Assembly (NCBI GenBank): GCA_964016885.1
Contig: OZ024742.1
Coordinates: 28,582,001-28,646,000 of the forward strand
DNA from: Eledone cirrhosa
Taxonomy: Eukaryota
Length of the DNA stretch: 64,000 nucleotides
Direction: 5' to 3'
In this document: positions 41,270 through 55,945 of the stretch, in pieces
Layout: each line of letters begins with the position of its first letter
Numbering within the stretch: the first letter of the stretch is position 1
Made by a program: the position numbers and the translations under genes
Notes under the pieces: generated by a model
Seen by the model: the letters and a program-made list of their open reading frames with translations, nothing else
What the model was told of the DNA's origin: nothing
Database searches by the model: none

Positions 41270-41878
41270 GGTGGCTGCCAACTCGTTTTCGAGTACGGCC
41301 ACTACTTTATATCCATGTAGGAGAACTCCTACTGATGCGCTAAACAAGTGTGACTTTTTAGTCCAGCCAGCGACTTGAAAACTCTGGTACAAACACTACA
41401 CCTGTGACAATTATTGACACATAGTGCTGGGCCCATGGTACCATGTGACGACAAGTGCAGAGAGATCTCCAGATATAAAGCAATGCCTGTGCTGTGAAGC
41501 TTTTATAGTGAGGAAAGGCACTGCACAAAGCCAGTCCCACTCTCTTAACCAAGATGATATTTACCAAAAAGAAGAACAAGTCAACATCATTGGATACCAT
41601 CAGGGTTGCAGGTGTTATATCAGAGTTTTCCTTCTCCTAGAATTCTGCCTTGACAAAGGCTAAGGGGTCATCTCTCCCGGTGATTTTGGATGGCCATTGA
41701 CTCTTAAGAGCTCCTTTGCCCTTTGACAGGTTTTGTTTTTAGTCCTGCAGGATGTCCAGTCACCCTCCTCACCAAGAAACCTTGGTGGGGTTGCCAGTTT
41801 AGTCGCCAACGACCCGACCATGAGACAGGTTGTACTGGGATACATGTTACCAGTAGCACCAACTGGTGACCTGACATA
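41270..41878 (-). mobile_element. ~610-bp non-coding interspersed element, copy A
   Basis: Near-identical to 54539-55147 (inverted) and 57682-58075; TA flanks. Confidence 0.9.
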
Positions 41879-42187
41879 AACATATATATATATACACATA
41901 CATACACACACACACATATATATATATTTCATGACTTAACATCAATTTTCCCTGCTAGCAAATGATGACACTCGTGAATATATATATAAATGTGTGTGTG
42001 TGTGTGTGTGTTTGTGCTTAATATGACACACATACACACATGCATACGTAGTGCCTGTAGCTAGTGCCATTCCATAATTTCATGGAACTTAGACACAACA
42101 TACTTCAACAGAATTTAGAACTCTGTTGAAGAGTACGACAATATGCGTGTCTGGTGGTATAGGCAAGTGTGGACGTGTGTGAAGTGC

Positions 42188-42289
<102 letters not shown>

Positions 42290-42353
42290 ATAGATAGATA
42301 TAATTATGTGTGTATATGTATGTATATCTATAAATGTATCTCTCTCTCCCTTC

Positions 42354-42397
<44 letters not shown>

Positions 42398-42809
42398 TCA
42401 TATGCCTATGCTTGTTTATTTATACATCATAGATCACACACTGTGAGTGTTGATTGCTAAATTGCAACAAGCTGTTGATGTCAGCTGGATACTCTGTGTA
42501 TTGGCAGTGTACTATGTTGATGTTGACAACATGTATACACATATATATATATATATATATATATACACACTTCATGTGTATATCTCCTTGCAGCAAATAA
42601 CAGCCTCCCAACTGTATGCTAATAGTGAAAGTGTGTTACCTTCTGTTCTACTACATCTGTGACATTATAGTTTTTAATGCAAGTATTAATGCTTAACTCT
42701 TCCAGATATGAGGCTGAGGCAAGATTTTGGTCCTTCTCTAGGAGTTGCCAACCTATCACATATGGTGACCTACTCTTAAATATATAGTTGAATGGATTGG
42801 TAAGACATG

Positions 42810-43652
42810 GTGTGTAAAAAGTTGACTGGATATATAGACTACTTTTGTTGATGTGGACTGTGTATATAGGCACTGTGTAGAGTGTGTAGATGTTGACTGT
42901 ATATATAGACAGTGTGTAGATGTTGACTGGTTATATAGACAGTGTGTAGATGTTGACTGGATATATAGACAGTGTGTTGATGTTGACTGTATATATAGAC
43001 AGTGTGTAGATGTTGACTGGTTATATAGACAGTGTGTAGATGTTGACTGGATATATAGACAGTGTGTTGATGTTGACTGTATATATAGACAGTGTGTAGA
43101 TGTTGACTGGATATATAGACAGAGTGTGTAGATGTTGACTGGATATATTGATACAGTGTGTAGATGTTGGCTGTATATATAGACAGTGTGTAGATGTTGA
43201 CTTGATATATAGACACAGTGTGTAGATGTTGACTGGATATATATAGACACAGTGTGTAGATGTTGACTGGATATATAGACAGTGTATAGATGTTGACTGG
43301 ATATATAGACACAGTGTGTAGATGTTGACTGGATATATAGACACAGTGTGTAGATGTTGACTGGATATATAGACACAGTGTGTAGATGTTGACTGGATAT
43401 ATAGACACAGTGTGTAGATGTTGACTGGATATATAGACACAGTGTGTAGATGTTGACTGGATATATAGACAGTGTGTAGATGTTGACTGGATATATAGAC
43501 AGTGTGTAGATGTTGAGTGGATATATAGACAGTGTGTAGATGTTCACTGGATATATAGACAGTGTGTAGATGTTGACTGGATATATAGAGACAGTGTGTA
43601 GATGTTGACTAGATATATAGATGCAGTGTGTAGAGTATGTAGATGTTGACTA
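42810..43652. repeat. 30/32-bp minisatellite
   Basis: Unit CAGTGTGTAGATGTTGACTGGATATATAGA(CA), about 26 copies, no spacers. Confidence 0.95.
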
Positions 43653-44859
43653 GATAGTGTAATGGAAAGTGAACACTGAAATATATATATAATATATTTA
43701 ACACTGCACTATATACAATATAGAGAACCTCAACTATATTATAGTGAACAGTAAACTATATGTAATGGAAAGTTAACAGTGAATCCTATATCATCTATAT
43801 AAATAAATGTTGAATCGTGTCAGTCCACTTGGGAGATGAATGAGTTAAAATGAAGGAAGGGGGCTGGGGAAATTGCTACGGCAAAAAAAACAATGTTTCA
43901 ACTTTTGCACAAAGCTGTGTGTGTGTGTGAGTGTGTGTGTGAGTATGTGTGTGTGTAAGTTTGTGTGTGTGTGTGTGTGTGTGTTTGTGAATGTATGAGT
44001 GTGTAAAAGGGATCAAGGGGAATGGTGTAAATAAATCTATGCTCTCTGTGAGTGTCTATGTGTCTCCAAAATGAGAATGAACTGGATATGTCTAGTATAC
44101 TATAAACAGTGAACTCTATATAATGTATTGAACACTGAGCTGTATCTAGGAATCATAGAAATGTAGTTATGCAAGTTAAATATATGTAATTTGCTGAAGA
44201 AATACTGAATCTTAAAAGAAACATACGCCAGATGGTTACATGGCAACGTTGTGTGTCAATGGTGGAGATGATAGTGTTGAAATGGTGATGGTGGTGGTGG
44301 TGGGAGTGATGATTTTACTAGCTATCTTGTGTTTGTGTTGGTATCATGCTGTTGCTGTGTTGTGTAGTGGCTAAGGTGGTGGTCTGGTTGTTATGGTGTT
44401 AGCTGTGTATTGGGTGGTGGGGTAGTATTGGGTGGTGAGGAAGTATGGAATTTGTGGTGGAGATAGTGGCTTGATGTGAATATGTATGACAGTCAGCTGG
44501 TTGTGGTGTGTTATAAACAGGAGTTCTATAAATGAAGAGTCAGGATAAAAGGAGTTATTTATAATATATTCACACAGCTAATCATTAATCAGAGCTTAAT
44601 ATCAATTCTTTACTCTGTATCTGATACTTAAATGTTGCCATTTGCTTCCCTAATGTTCCTAAACAATCCTTCAAAATGTTACTATCTTTCACACATTGAT
44701 CTCTCTCTCTCTCATACATATATATATATATAAGGGGGGGGGGATATATATATATATGTATATATATATATATTCTTCATCAACTCCCAATTGGCCAAGT
44801 GTGCTGAGCATGGCTCTACCTCTGAAAGGTAACCAAAACAGAGAGCACAGAAACCAGTG

Positions 44860-45565
44860 GAGGTGAACCAAGGACAGGTTCCCCCAACAGGTGTGAGAAG
44901 CCTCTATATTGGATTGGAAGTTATTTTTCACATCATTCCATGTCTTCCTTGTTCACATTCTCCCACAAGTTCCATTTACTTCAAATGTTCATGAATTCTT
45001 TATACAACTCCCATTCTCCTTTGCAACATGTGTTAATACCAGCATAAATATCTCATTTGCACATTACACCTGATTCTTGTTTGACTCAGTTTTTCTCATA
45101 CATCATTTGTGCTCCCTCAATTATTCATGCACACTAGCATTACACATTCAGCAGAGCATGGATGCTCCATTATCTTCCAGTCATCACAAATCTTCTGCAC
45201 TTATTGCCCACATAACCCTATTATGTAGCATAGGCTCTACTATTGCCTTTCACTACACTAAGAGAAAAGTCCTTTGTTGCCAGCAGAAGTAACAGCTCCT
45301 TGAAATTTGTACACTTGTTTTCACTCCAACTACAAAAAACACTTGGTACATCCAGCTCCATAGCTGATGAGGACATTCGGATAGTAAAAGCTATCTACAA
45401 CTGCTAGAAACATTCTGCATATTTAAGATAGTTTATGTCACATAAAATCTATCTTCTTTGACAGCCTAGCTGTAATCCCACTATGTAAGTTGTGCAGCTG
45501 TCATATACACAGTGCATCCCATAGAGTTTCTAAATACTCCTTTCCTGCATACTGAGCATGGTATT
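44860..45565 (-). mobile_element. Old, highly degenerate RTE fragment
   Basis: Patchy antisense match to the RTE C-terminal region (e.g. ctcctttcctgcatactgagcatgg). Confidence 0.6.
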
Positions 45566-45788
45566 ATATATATGTCTGTCTGTTATGTATTATATACAAA
45601 ACACAAAGACATTATATATAAATAGAATACACATAAAATAGTTACATATATATATATACATGCATGCATGTAGGTAGGTAGGTGTATTATAAAAATATAT
45701 ATGTAGGTATACTATATATATATATATATATATCCCGCAGTATTCATTCTTCTCATATTTTATATATATATATATATGTATATGTAGG

Positions 45789-45821
<33 letters not shown>

Positions 45822-45836
45822 GTAGGTGTATATATA

Positions 45837-45883
<47 letters not shown>

Positions 45884-45950
45884 GTAGGTGTATATATATC
45901 TATATATATCTATATATATATATATATGTAGGTATATATATCTATATATA

Positions 45951-45984
<34 letters not shown>

Positions 45985-46059
45985 GGTATATATATCTATA
46001 TATATATATATATATATATATATGTAGGTATATATATATATATATATATATATATGTAG

Positions 46060-48881
46060 AAAAGATGAATATAAAATAAAAGTGCTTTTTAAAAAAAAAA
46101 AGGGATTTATTAGGTATTGACATATGTTTCTGTAACAGACGGAATACCTATGTATCGCTGCTTGCGTAATCATATAATGTTAGCAAGTATTCGATAGCAA
46201 ATATATAATCAGTTGTCACTTCTTCAGAGATTTTGGATAAATTGGAAAAAATCAGAAAAATTGAAGTATTTATATTAGTTGTAATAGAGGAAGAAGAGAG
46301 GGGATAGTATATGACAGATGGTAATTCAATTTACTGCTAAACAAGTATATAAAGGGTTTCTAATGAGAATACAATGAGTAGATGGTTTATTTTATCTAAA
46401 TAAGAATTTTTGGGAGTGCCTATTTTAATCTATACTTGACCAATTGAACAATGGACAGGGCTGGTCATTTGGTGTAGTAGTATTAATTATAAAGTGTCAG
46501 TTAAGGAAGGAGGAGATTTCGACTGCTACTGAATAACATCAATGCTAGTAGCCAGCTGGTATATGCATTAGGGAATTGAATTAAGAAATCTCATTTTATC
46601 TATAGCAGTTTATATTAAATGGTAAATAATAGAAGAGTTGATAGAATTAAGACTAATAGAGAATGTTATGTATTTTGACAATCAAACGGAGATGGAGACA
46701 GGCGTTCAATCCTGGTAGTATTTGTAATATGAAAATGTAGATTTTAAGCGATGGTTACAGTATAACGATCGCTCTATTCTGTTATTTAATAAAATGTTTT
46801 TGGATTTCATAATACAAAATAATTCCATATTACATAATTTACAAAATTCCTGTCCGTGGGATATGGAGGGGCAACACTATTATATCCCATTTTAGGTTCA
46901 ATTGTTGGTTATTTTCACGCAGCTGCCAAGCCTTGTCTGCGAGTGTTGTTACATAACGCTGGTTTTCATGTTTTATCGAGTAACGATGTCTATAAAGGCG
47001 TGATTTGAAGGAGGTGGCTGTAGATCCCACATAGTACCACTTCTGTCTATCCGATTCGATAGTACATTTGTATATTATGTTGCGTTCAAGACACTGATTG
47101 TTCAACGGACACATTCCTGGTTGGACACAGTTACAGTTATAATTTTGCGTTGTTGTATTGGCATGGATGGGTTGATGAGGTTGCTTAGGTAGGACGGGAT
47201 GTTGTTTGTTGTTTTGTGATGTTATAGCTAATGTTTTACGTGTATTGTTATGTGTTGGAAGGCGTTTATACAACCCTTTTGCGTTAAGCTTTTTTATATG
47301 TTGTTCAATATTAGGGGCGGTTGAATATGAAAGTCGAATAGTATTAGGGTTTAAGATTTTATTATATTTATGTGATGTTGGAAAGTGTTTTTTAACTAAT
47401 CGAAAGAATTGTGAGGGTAGTTTGGTTTTAATAGAGTTGTTATAGACCGGGTTGTACCATATATACTCTTTACATCGCCTTCTGTTTGGTGGTGTGCGAC
47501 TATTATTGTGTCTATTGCGGTAGTGTATGTATGGTGGTGATTCTGTGCTATTTCTACCCCTATGGGATTTATTTTGGGTGTTTTGGTGATCTTCGACTAT
47601 ATACTCTATATTATCTCGGTGTCCGGCCTTCCTAAGTGCATCATCATAATATTCGGCATGTTCTTTGAAGGTTTGTTGGTTGGACGACAGGCAGGAGATT
47701 CTAAGAGAAACATTTCTAGGGATGGATTTAATTATAGAGAGTGGATGGTTAGAACTCGTATTTACATATTTAAGGTTCTCATTTAGTTTATGGAACGGTT
47801 TAATCGTTTCTGTATTGAAATTCAAAGTAACATCAAGGAAATTGACCTCTTTGAGGTTATATTCAAACGTAATATTTAATCCTAGTTCCTTAAAAAGCTT
47901 TCTGATATTTTTACGCATCCTTTCTAAATTCTGGTTATTCATATGCTTAACTAATAGGAGCGCATCGTCACGGTAGATTCCACCGTGGAGATCCTTGAAT
48001 TTTCCTTGTAGTCTGTGGGTGATATAAATTCCCACAAGATCTGTTACTTCCGCCGAATCATTGGAACCCATAGTAATATCAAAATTAGAAGGTCTATCTT
48101 TGCGAACCCAGTAGCTATCATCAAATTTAACAATAGTTTTCCTCGCTTCCATAATAATTTTAATTTCAGCATCCGTAAGGTCGGGATTAGCCTTAGCGAA
48201 CGAAAGAGCTTCATGTAGAGTATCAGGTGAAATTGAGGAATAATATTCATCAATATCAAACTAAATAAATTTTGATTTTTTTCTTATCAGTAATGTTATT
48301 AAACCATCTTATTGCTTCATGAGTGTTACCCCATAGTTTAATTTCTACTTTAGCCTTAACTTGGGGGATAATTCTGCCTAGTATATATTTGCTAATTTTA
48401 CCTATATCAGATTTAGAGGGGCATATAAGTCTAATTTTAGGGTCAGTATCGAAGTTTACCTTGTGGTCCTTCAGGTTGAAGGATGGTGTAGCTGGTGTTA
48501 AGGGTTGCGTTCTATCGTCAATACAAAGTTTTTAACTATTTCACATGCCGAGTTGTTGATGTTTTTAAGTGTAGCTTCATTAGTTTTCTTGTATTTTTTA
48601 TGCAATTCCTTACGAATGAAGTTATTGTAAGTCTCCACATCCATGGTATATACGTTTGATGTTTTGTCTGCTCTAACAATAATTACATTGGCGTTTTTTA
48701 GATTATTGAGCAGTGCTGTGATGTCATTCTGTAGTTTATTGTTCTTCCGTTTTGTAAATTTGATCTCCATGATCATATCCATTAGGTCTTGTTCAAAGGC
48801 ACCCAAAAGTGGATTTGAGGGTGGGTTTTTGTAAGATTTAAATCCAAATTTATCCTTGTTAAGATCCGATGTTTGGTTTAT
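46060..48881 (-). mobile_element. Penelope-like element 2, 5' part lost in the gap
   Basis: FGFKS..PP, DKTSN, PSKSDIGKISK, FDI, MGSNDSAEV, YRDD, FLDVT, IWYNP, CNC...CPL, NIIYKC..YVGST; stops and frameshifts; hammerhead remnant at 46111-46150. Confidence 0.9.
46839..48152 (-). pseudogene. PLE RT + GIY-YIG, longest surviving frame
   Basis: YRDD catalytic motif and GIY-YIG motif in the ORF track. Confidence 0.9.
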
Positions 48882-49081
48882 NNNNNNNNNNNNNNNNNNN
48901 NNNNNNNNNNNNNNNNNNNNNNNNNNNNNNNNNNNNNNNNNNNNNNNNNNNNNNNNNNNNNNNNNNNNNNNNNNNNNNNNNNNNNNNNNNNNNNNNNNNN
49001 NNNNNNNNNNNNNNNNNNNNNNNNNNNNNNNNNNNNNNNNNNNNNNNNNNNNNNNNNNNNNNNNNNNNNNNNNNNNNNNNN
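48882..49081. other. Assembly gap (200 N)
   Basis: N run. Confidence 1.
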
Positions 49082-50345
49082 GGTGGTGTCGGTAGAGGTT
49101 GCTGTGATGGTGGTGTTGGTAGTGATGGCTGTGATGGTGGTGTTGGTAGTGATGGCTGTGATGGTGGTGTTGGTAGTGATGGCTGTGATGGTGGTGTTGG
49201 TAACGGTAGCTGTGATGGTTGTGTTGGTAGTGATGGCTGTGATGGTGGTGTTGGTAGAGGTTGCTGTGATGGTGGTGTTGGTAGTGATGGCTGTGATGGT
49301 GGTGTTGGTAGTGATGGCTGTGATGGTGGTGTTGGTAACGGTAGCTGTGATGGTGGTGTTGGTAGTGATGGCTGTGATGGTTGTGTTGGTAGTGATGGCT
49401 GTGATGGTGGTGTTGGTAACGGTAGCTGTGATGGTGGTGTTGGTAGAGATGGCTGTGATGGTGGTGTTGGTAGTGATGGCTGTGATGGTGGTGTTGGTAG
49501 TGATGGCTGTGATGGTGGTGTTGGTAGTGATGGCTGTGATGGTGGTGTTGGTAGTGATGGCTGTGATGGTGGTGTTGGTAACGGTAGCTGTGATGGTGGT
49601 GTTGGTAGTGATGGCTGTGATGGTGGTGTTGGTAACGGTAGCTGTGATGGTGGTGTTGGTAGTGATGGCTGTGATGGTTGTGTTGGTAGTGATGGCTGTG
49701 ATGGTGGTGTTGGTAGTGATGGCTGTGATGGTTGTGTTGGTAACGGTAGCTGTGATGGTGGTGTTGGTAGTGATGGCTGTGATGGTTGTGTTGGTAGTGA
49801 TGGCTGTGATGGTGGTGTTGGTAACGGTAGCTGTGATGGTGGTGTTGGTAGTGATGGCTGTGATGGTTGTGTTGGTAGTGATGGCTGTGATGGTGGTGTT
49901 GGTAACGGTAGCTGGGATGGTGGTGTTGGTAGAGCTTGCTGTGATGGTGGTGTTGGTAGTGGTTGCTGTGATGGTGGTGTTGGTAGTGATGGCTGTGATG
50001 GTGGTGTTGGTAGAGGTTGCTGTGATGGTGGTGTTGGTAGAGGTTGCTGTGATGGTGGTGTTGGTAGTGATGGCTGTGATGGTTGTGTTGGTAGTGATGG
50101 CTGTGATGGTGGTGTTGTTAACGGTAGCTGGGATGGTGGTGTTGGTAGAGCTTGCTGTGATGGTGGTGTTGGTAGTGGTTGCTGTGATGGTGGTGTTGGT
50201 AGTGATGGCTGTGATGGTGGTGTTGGTAACGGTAGCTGGGATGGTGGTGTTGGTAGAGCTTGCTGTGATGGTGGTGTTGGTAGTGATGGCTGTGATGGTG
50301 GTGTTGGTAACGGTAGCTGTGATGGTCGTGTTGGTAGCGGTGGCT
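49082..50345. repeat. 27-bp GT-rich minisatellite
   Basis: Unit GGTGGTGTTGGTAGTGATGGCTGTGAT with a few recurring variants, about 46 copies. Confidence 0.95.
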
Positions 50346-50619
50346 GGGATGTCATTGGCAGCGGCGGTTGGTGTGATGGTAATAGTGCTGGTGGTGGTGG
50401 TGGTGATGGTGGGGGTAGCAGCAGCTGAGCTGGTGGCTATTACAGTGGCGGTGGGGTTAGTTAACCCACGTGATCCTCACGAACACAGTCACTTAGTGAT
50501 GGACTATTTCACGCAATGTCCTCCGCGTAGCTACATATACTCACACATGCACCTGGATGCAAAGATAAGCGCAAATATGCACCTTTTCATCCTTATGTTT
50601 ATCCATCGCCCTTAGCCGA

Positions 50620-50975
50620 GACAGCAAACATAGCTTCACGCCAACAGTCTCTGTTTCCCCATCAAGGTTTATAGGTCATCCTTGTCAATTCCAGTTTCTC
50701 TTGCTATGGCACCATGGTATCTAAGCTTTCTGGTTGAGGATATCTCCCACAAGAGGTCTCAAAACATCTCATCTTGTAGGAGATTCAATCAGTCATGCAC
50801 TTTCGGAATTTTTCCCTATAGCTTAAGCGTAGGATCTGTCTGCCAAGGAATATTTTGAGTCTGTCTCAGAAGGATAGTGTGACATCCATCTAAATGGCTC
50901 TGTAGACGAGATTGCAAGGTCCAAGTCTCAGAATCATAGATAACGATAGGCTCAAGTAACAGACACAGATGAAGG
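50620..50975 (-). mobile_element. Degenerate fragment of a second RTE-like LINE family
   Basis: Minus strand IYDSETWTL..HLDGCHTILLRQTQNIPW. Confidence 0.6.
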
Positions 50976-51287
50976 AACGTCACACACGACAAACATCTTA
51001 TGATTAACAGTCACTATATCCAATGACAAGACATGCTGAAGATCTTCAAAGTCATCTGGAAAGACAAAGTCACATATTAAAGAAATTTATTTCGAAGTAG
51101 GTGGTCCAGGAATTACTTAGAGGGGTGCGGAGAGAAACACAGCAGATTGACCTTCCTCATGGAACTATTGTGGCTTGTTCACTTCCAGCTGCGGGAAGAC
51201 ATATGGTAAGGACTACCATAGCTTCATACTCTTTAATACTATTTACACATTTAGATCTGTGTAAATGGTATTATTTAGTGTGTTTAC

Positions 51288-51676
51288 AGGGACGGTGGAT
51301 TGGTAGTATTGGTAGAGGGTCTGACGCCATGCTTTGCAGCAAAACAGTTACGGCCCTTTACGGTCTGAGTTCAAATCCCGCCGAGTTAACTTTGCCTTTC
51401 ATCCTTACGAGGTCGATAAAATAAAGTACCAGTGATCCACTGGGGTAATCGCTGGCCTTGTGCCAAAAGTAGAAATTCAATAGGGCGGTGGATTGGCAGT
51501 ATCGGTAGAGGGTCAGACGCCATGCTTTGACGCATAGAGTTACGGCCCTTGTCATTCTGAGTTCAAATCCTGCCGAAGTTAACTTTGCCTTTCATCTTTA
51601 CGGGGTCGATAAAATAAAGTACCAGTAATGCACTGGGATAATTGCTGGCATTGTGCCAAAAGTAGAAACAATTATT
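51288..51676 (+). mobile_element. Two head-to-tail SINE family A copies
   Basis: 51288-51480 and 51482-51676 each match 23310-23500. Confidence 0.92.
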
Positions 51677-52097
51677 TAGTGCGTTTACACAGCTAGATAT
51701 TCGTTAATGTTAAACTGTGATGTTAAGCAGTGTGTAAATTATATTTACACGGCAAGATGTTCGTTAATCTGAAAATGTAAAGATGAGAACTGTGTGTAAA
51801 GAACGATATGATAGGATTAGATGTTGGCTAATGTGGAGTTAGAAAACCTTTAGAAGTTATTATCAAACCTGCCATACAAATGACATGATCTAGCTTAACT
51901 TCGAAATTCCTTTTCTTCTCCTTCTTCTTCGTATATTTCTTATAGACGGTTCCAGTCTCTCCTATCTTTTAATTTACCAAATCTACACACAATATGGGTA
52001 CTTTATCGTTCAAGTGGCGGAATAAAATAGCAGAAATTTGGTAAATGAGAGCAATTATAGATAGTGTTGGTGTATGTATGTGGCCATATATTTGTGT

Positions 52098-52177
<80 letters not shown>

Positions 52178-52363
52178 TTGCATATTATATATATATATAC
52201 CGATACACATACATATATGCATATATAATATATATACCTACAGATACGCACATATATGCATATATATATATATACATAGACATACATATACGCATATATA
52301 ATATATATACCTCAGATACGCACATATATGCATATATATATATATATATATACATACACATAC

Positions 52364-52439
<76 letters not shown>

Positions 52440-52440
52440 G

Positions 52441-52630
52441 CACAATTATATATGTGCATATATATATAAGCATATTTATGTATGCACATATATATACATA
52501 TACGTGTGATGTTTATGTGTGTATATATATATATATATACACACACACATAAACATCACACGCATATGCATATATATATATATGTGCATACATAAATATG
52601 CTTATATATATATGCACATATATAATTGTG
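52441..52630. repeat. ~190-bp palindrome centred on a (TA)n run
   Basis: cacaattatatatgtgcat...gtgtgatgtttatgtg is mirrored by cacataaacatcacac...atgcacatatataattgtg. Confidence 0.85.
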
Positions 52631-52688
52631 TATGTGTATCCTTGTACGTGTATGTGTGTGTATCGTTCGTATTTATGTATACTTCGTT

Positions 52689-52775
<87 letters not shown>

Positions 52776-53517
52776 CTTTCCAGTGTGTGAGTGTGTTTAA
52801 ATGTGTGTAATTTCATGTGGATGTGTGTAACTGTGTGTGTCTTTGTATATGTGCATAATTTCACAATCACCTTTGTACACACACACACACACGTGTGTGC
52901 GTGTGCGTGCGCGCGTGTGTGTGGTTGTGTCTATGTGTGTGCCTGTATATATGTGTGCGCCTGTGTGAATGTGTGTGTGCTTATATGTGCAAAATTTCAA
53001 ATGTGTGTGTGAGTATATGCCTGTATATATGTGTGCGTGTGTGTATGTGTGCATATGCCTGTATGACTGTGTGAGTGGCTATGGCTGTGTGTGAGTGGCT
53101 ATGCCTGTATGTGAGTGGCTATGCTTGTGTGTGAGTCGTTATGTCTGTATGTAAGTATGTGTGTGAGTATCTATGCCTGAGTATGTATGTGTGCATATCT
53201 ACCTGCGTGTGTGTGTGTGTGTATGAGTAAATCCAGTAGTGGTAATAAGATAGAGGTTAGCAATGTTCTGCAGATTCACTTAATAAACATCTTTACTTAA
53301 CTAGACTCCATTAGAACTGTCTACTTAGTGATTGTAATAATAACCAAATTTATAGTTTTTTACTGAGAACTACTAGAAACTTATGGCAGGAGTGAGGTGG
53401 GGTAAAGGTGTAGGGGTGGGGGAGGAAGAAAAAGGGTGGAGAGATAATTAATCCCGAAGAAAAACAGAGTCAAATGTACAAAAATAGGGGAAGACAGATA
53501 GACTTAGATATATATAG

Positions 53518-53611
<94 letters not shown>

Positions 53612-53673
53612 TAAGATTGCTTGGATGTGTCCATAGGCAGTATGCCAGTCGAGCACTCTATGAGTACATTAAT

Positions 53674-53908
53674 ATGCATCGGAACACAATTTATTACGTA
53701 TTACAATTGTTTCTCCGGCAAACAGCTCGAGGTGCGATCTGTTTGTGGATCGAACCTGACTCTGGATTCGCAAGTTCCTCAGATACGTCTAGTGATTTCG
53801 AAGCAAACTTGCGAATCCAGAGTCAGGTTCGATCCACAAACAGATCGCACCTCGAGCTGTTCGCCGGGGAAACAATTGTAATACGTAATAAATTGTGTTC
53901 CGATGCAT
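53674..53908. mobile_element. Fold-back element with 103-bp arms and 29-bp spacer
   Basis: Arms 53674-53776 and 53806-53908, two mismatches by eye. Confidence 0.9.
53696..53788 (-). ncRNA. Type I hammerhead with intact core and ~62-nt extended stem II
   Basis: ACGTAT-CTGAGGA-[hairpin GCGAA/TTTGC, CAG/CTG, AGGT/ACCT, CGATC/GATCG]-GAAA-CAATTG-TA-ATACGT. Confidence 0.85.
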
Positions 53909-53920
53909 CAATGATTCTTC

Positions 53921-53986
<66 letters not shown>

Positions 53987-53998
53987 ATATATATATAT

Positions 53999-54045
<47 letters not shown>

Positions 54046-54538
54046 TATAATATATATATATATACACATATTAGAGGTTAACGGGACGGAACTAACATAA
54101 GGTTTCCTGTTAATACCGGTTGCATCTCAGTGTATTCAATAGGAAGAATTATGTATAAATCCCAGAATAGACACAAAATTATTTACCTCGATACAACACA
54201 CGTCAATAGATACAATACATTTATACTCGTGTTTCTGCCACACTTAATGCAATAAGAGAGCGTACATCATCTACTGCCTGCATTTATTATGCAATAATGC
54301 ACAATCGCCGCGTGTGGCTTCATCAGCGGGTGTCACCTAATCAATAACTAATTGATCGACAAGATTCGATTCCATTCTGTGTTGGCTATGGCAGTAAATG
54401 TGACAGACCACACAGTAGTACAGTAGTAACTGAAATCCCTCGACGTCTTCATAATACCGATAACGGATTGTCTACTGGTTCAGAAATTTACGTGAAAGCT
54501 AGGAGTATGTGTATATATATACATATATATATATATAT

Positions 54539-55257
<719 letters not shown>

Positions 55258-55699
55258 TATATATATATCGCTGGACATATTTTACGGGCAAAACCAAAAG
55301 GTAGACCCCAAGCAAGATGGTTGGATAACATCAATGAGCTTGGCAGGTTTCGCTTGGTGATCCAGCCGGATCAGCTGGAAACGGTTGCTTCTGGCAGGAC
55401 CCGCTGGAAAGAGTGTATGAGTACTCTGCCCCACGACCTTCTCAATAATAAATGGGCAAAGAAGAAGACGGGTTATAAAGTGGGAGAGTTGTTAAAACGT
55501 CGGATTTTAAAAATACCTTGGTGTAGGTTCCGGGTTAATGCGCTCAGCGTTCAAATCCCGATGTGGTTAACTTTGCTTACCATCTTTTGAGGGTCCTTAA
55601 ATAACGTTGCCTAAACAACTAGAAAACTCGTCATCGTAACCGACGAAAATCCTCCACCTACGAGTATCTCTTGGAGTGTTCTGCGTAATTTGCCTAAAG

Positions 55700-55945
55700 T
55701 GTCAAATGGTAGTATTTTTGTAAATCTCTGAAAACAGGGTTTACAGTTATCTATTAGAATGATCAGTGGTTATTTGCTGCAATTGCTGACTCCATCCACA
55801 GGAAATGTTGCTTCATCTAACAAAATTAGACGATCAATAAGACGAGAATCATTGAGAATGATCAGCAAAATTTCCTTGGAGAATTCAGTTAAACGATGAA
55901 ACTCATCTTCATTTAGCGTTTGTAGGAGTCTGCCAGGAGTTGTGA
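55700..55945 (-). pseudogene. Degenerate Tc1/mariner-type transposase fragment
   Basis: Minus strand LLQTLNEDEFHRLTEF...RLILLDEATFPVDGVSN resembles the first-Asp (SDEATF) region. Confidence 0.5.

Noticed and set aside
42810-43652. CRISPR-like 30-32-bp periodicity and long ORFs
   Set aside because: Units are contiguous with no unique spacers and no cas genes, in a eukaryotic context: a minisatellite.
48859-50615. Pro/Ser-rich (PSQPSLPTP)n or Gly/Cys-rich repeat protein
   Set aside because: A 27-bp minisatellite open in several frames on both strands, running into an N gap, with no unique coding flank. An exon cannot be fully excluded without RNA-seq.
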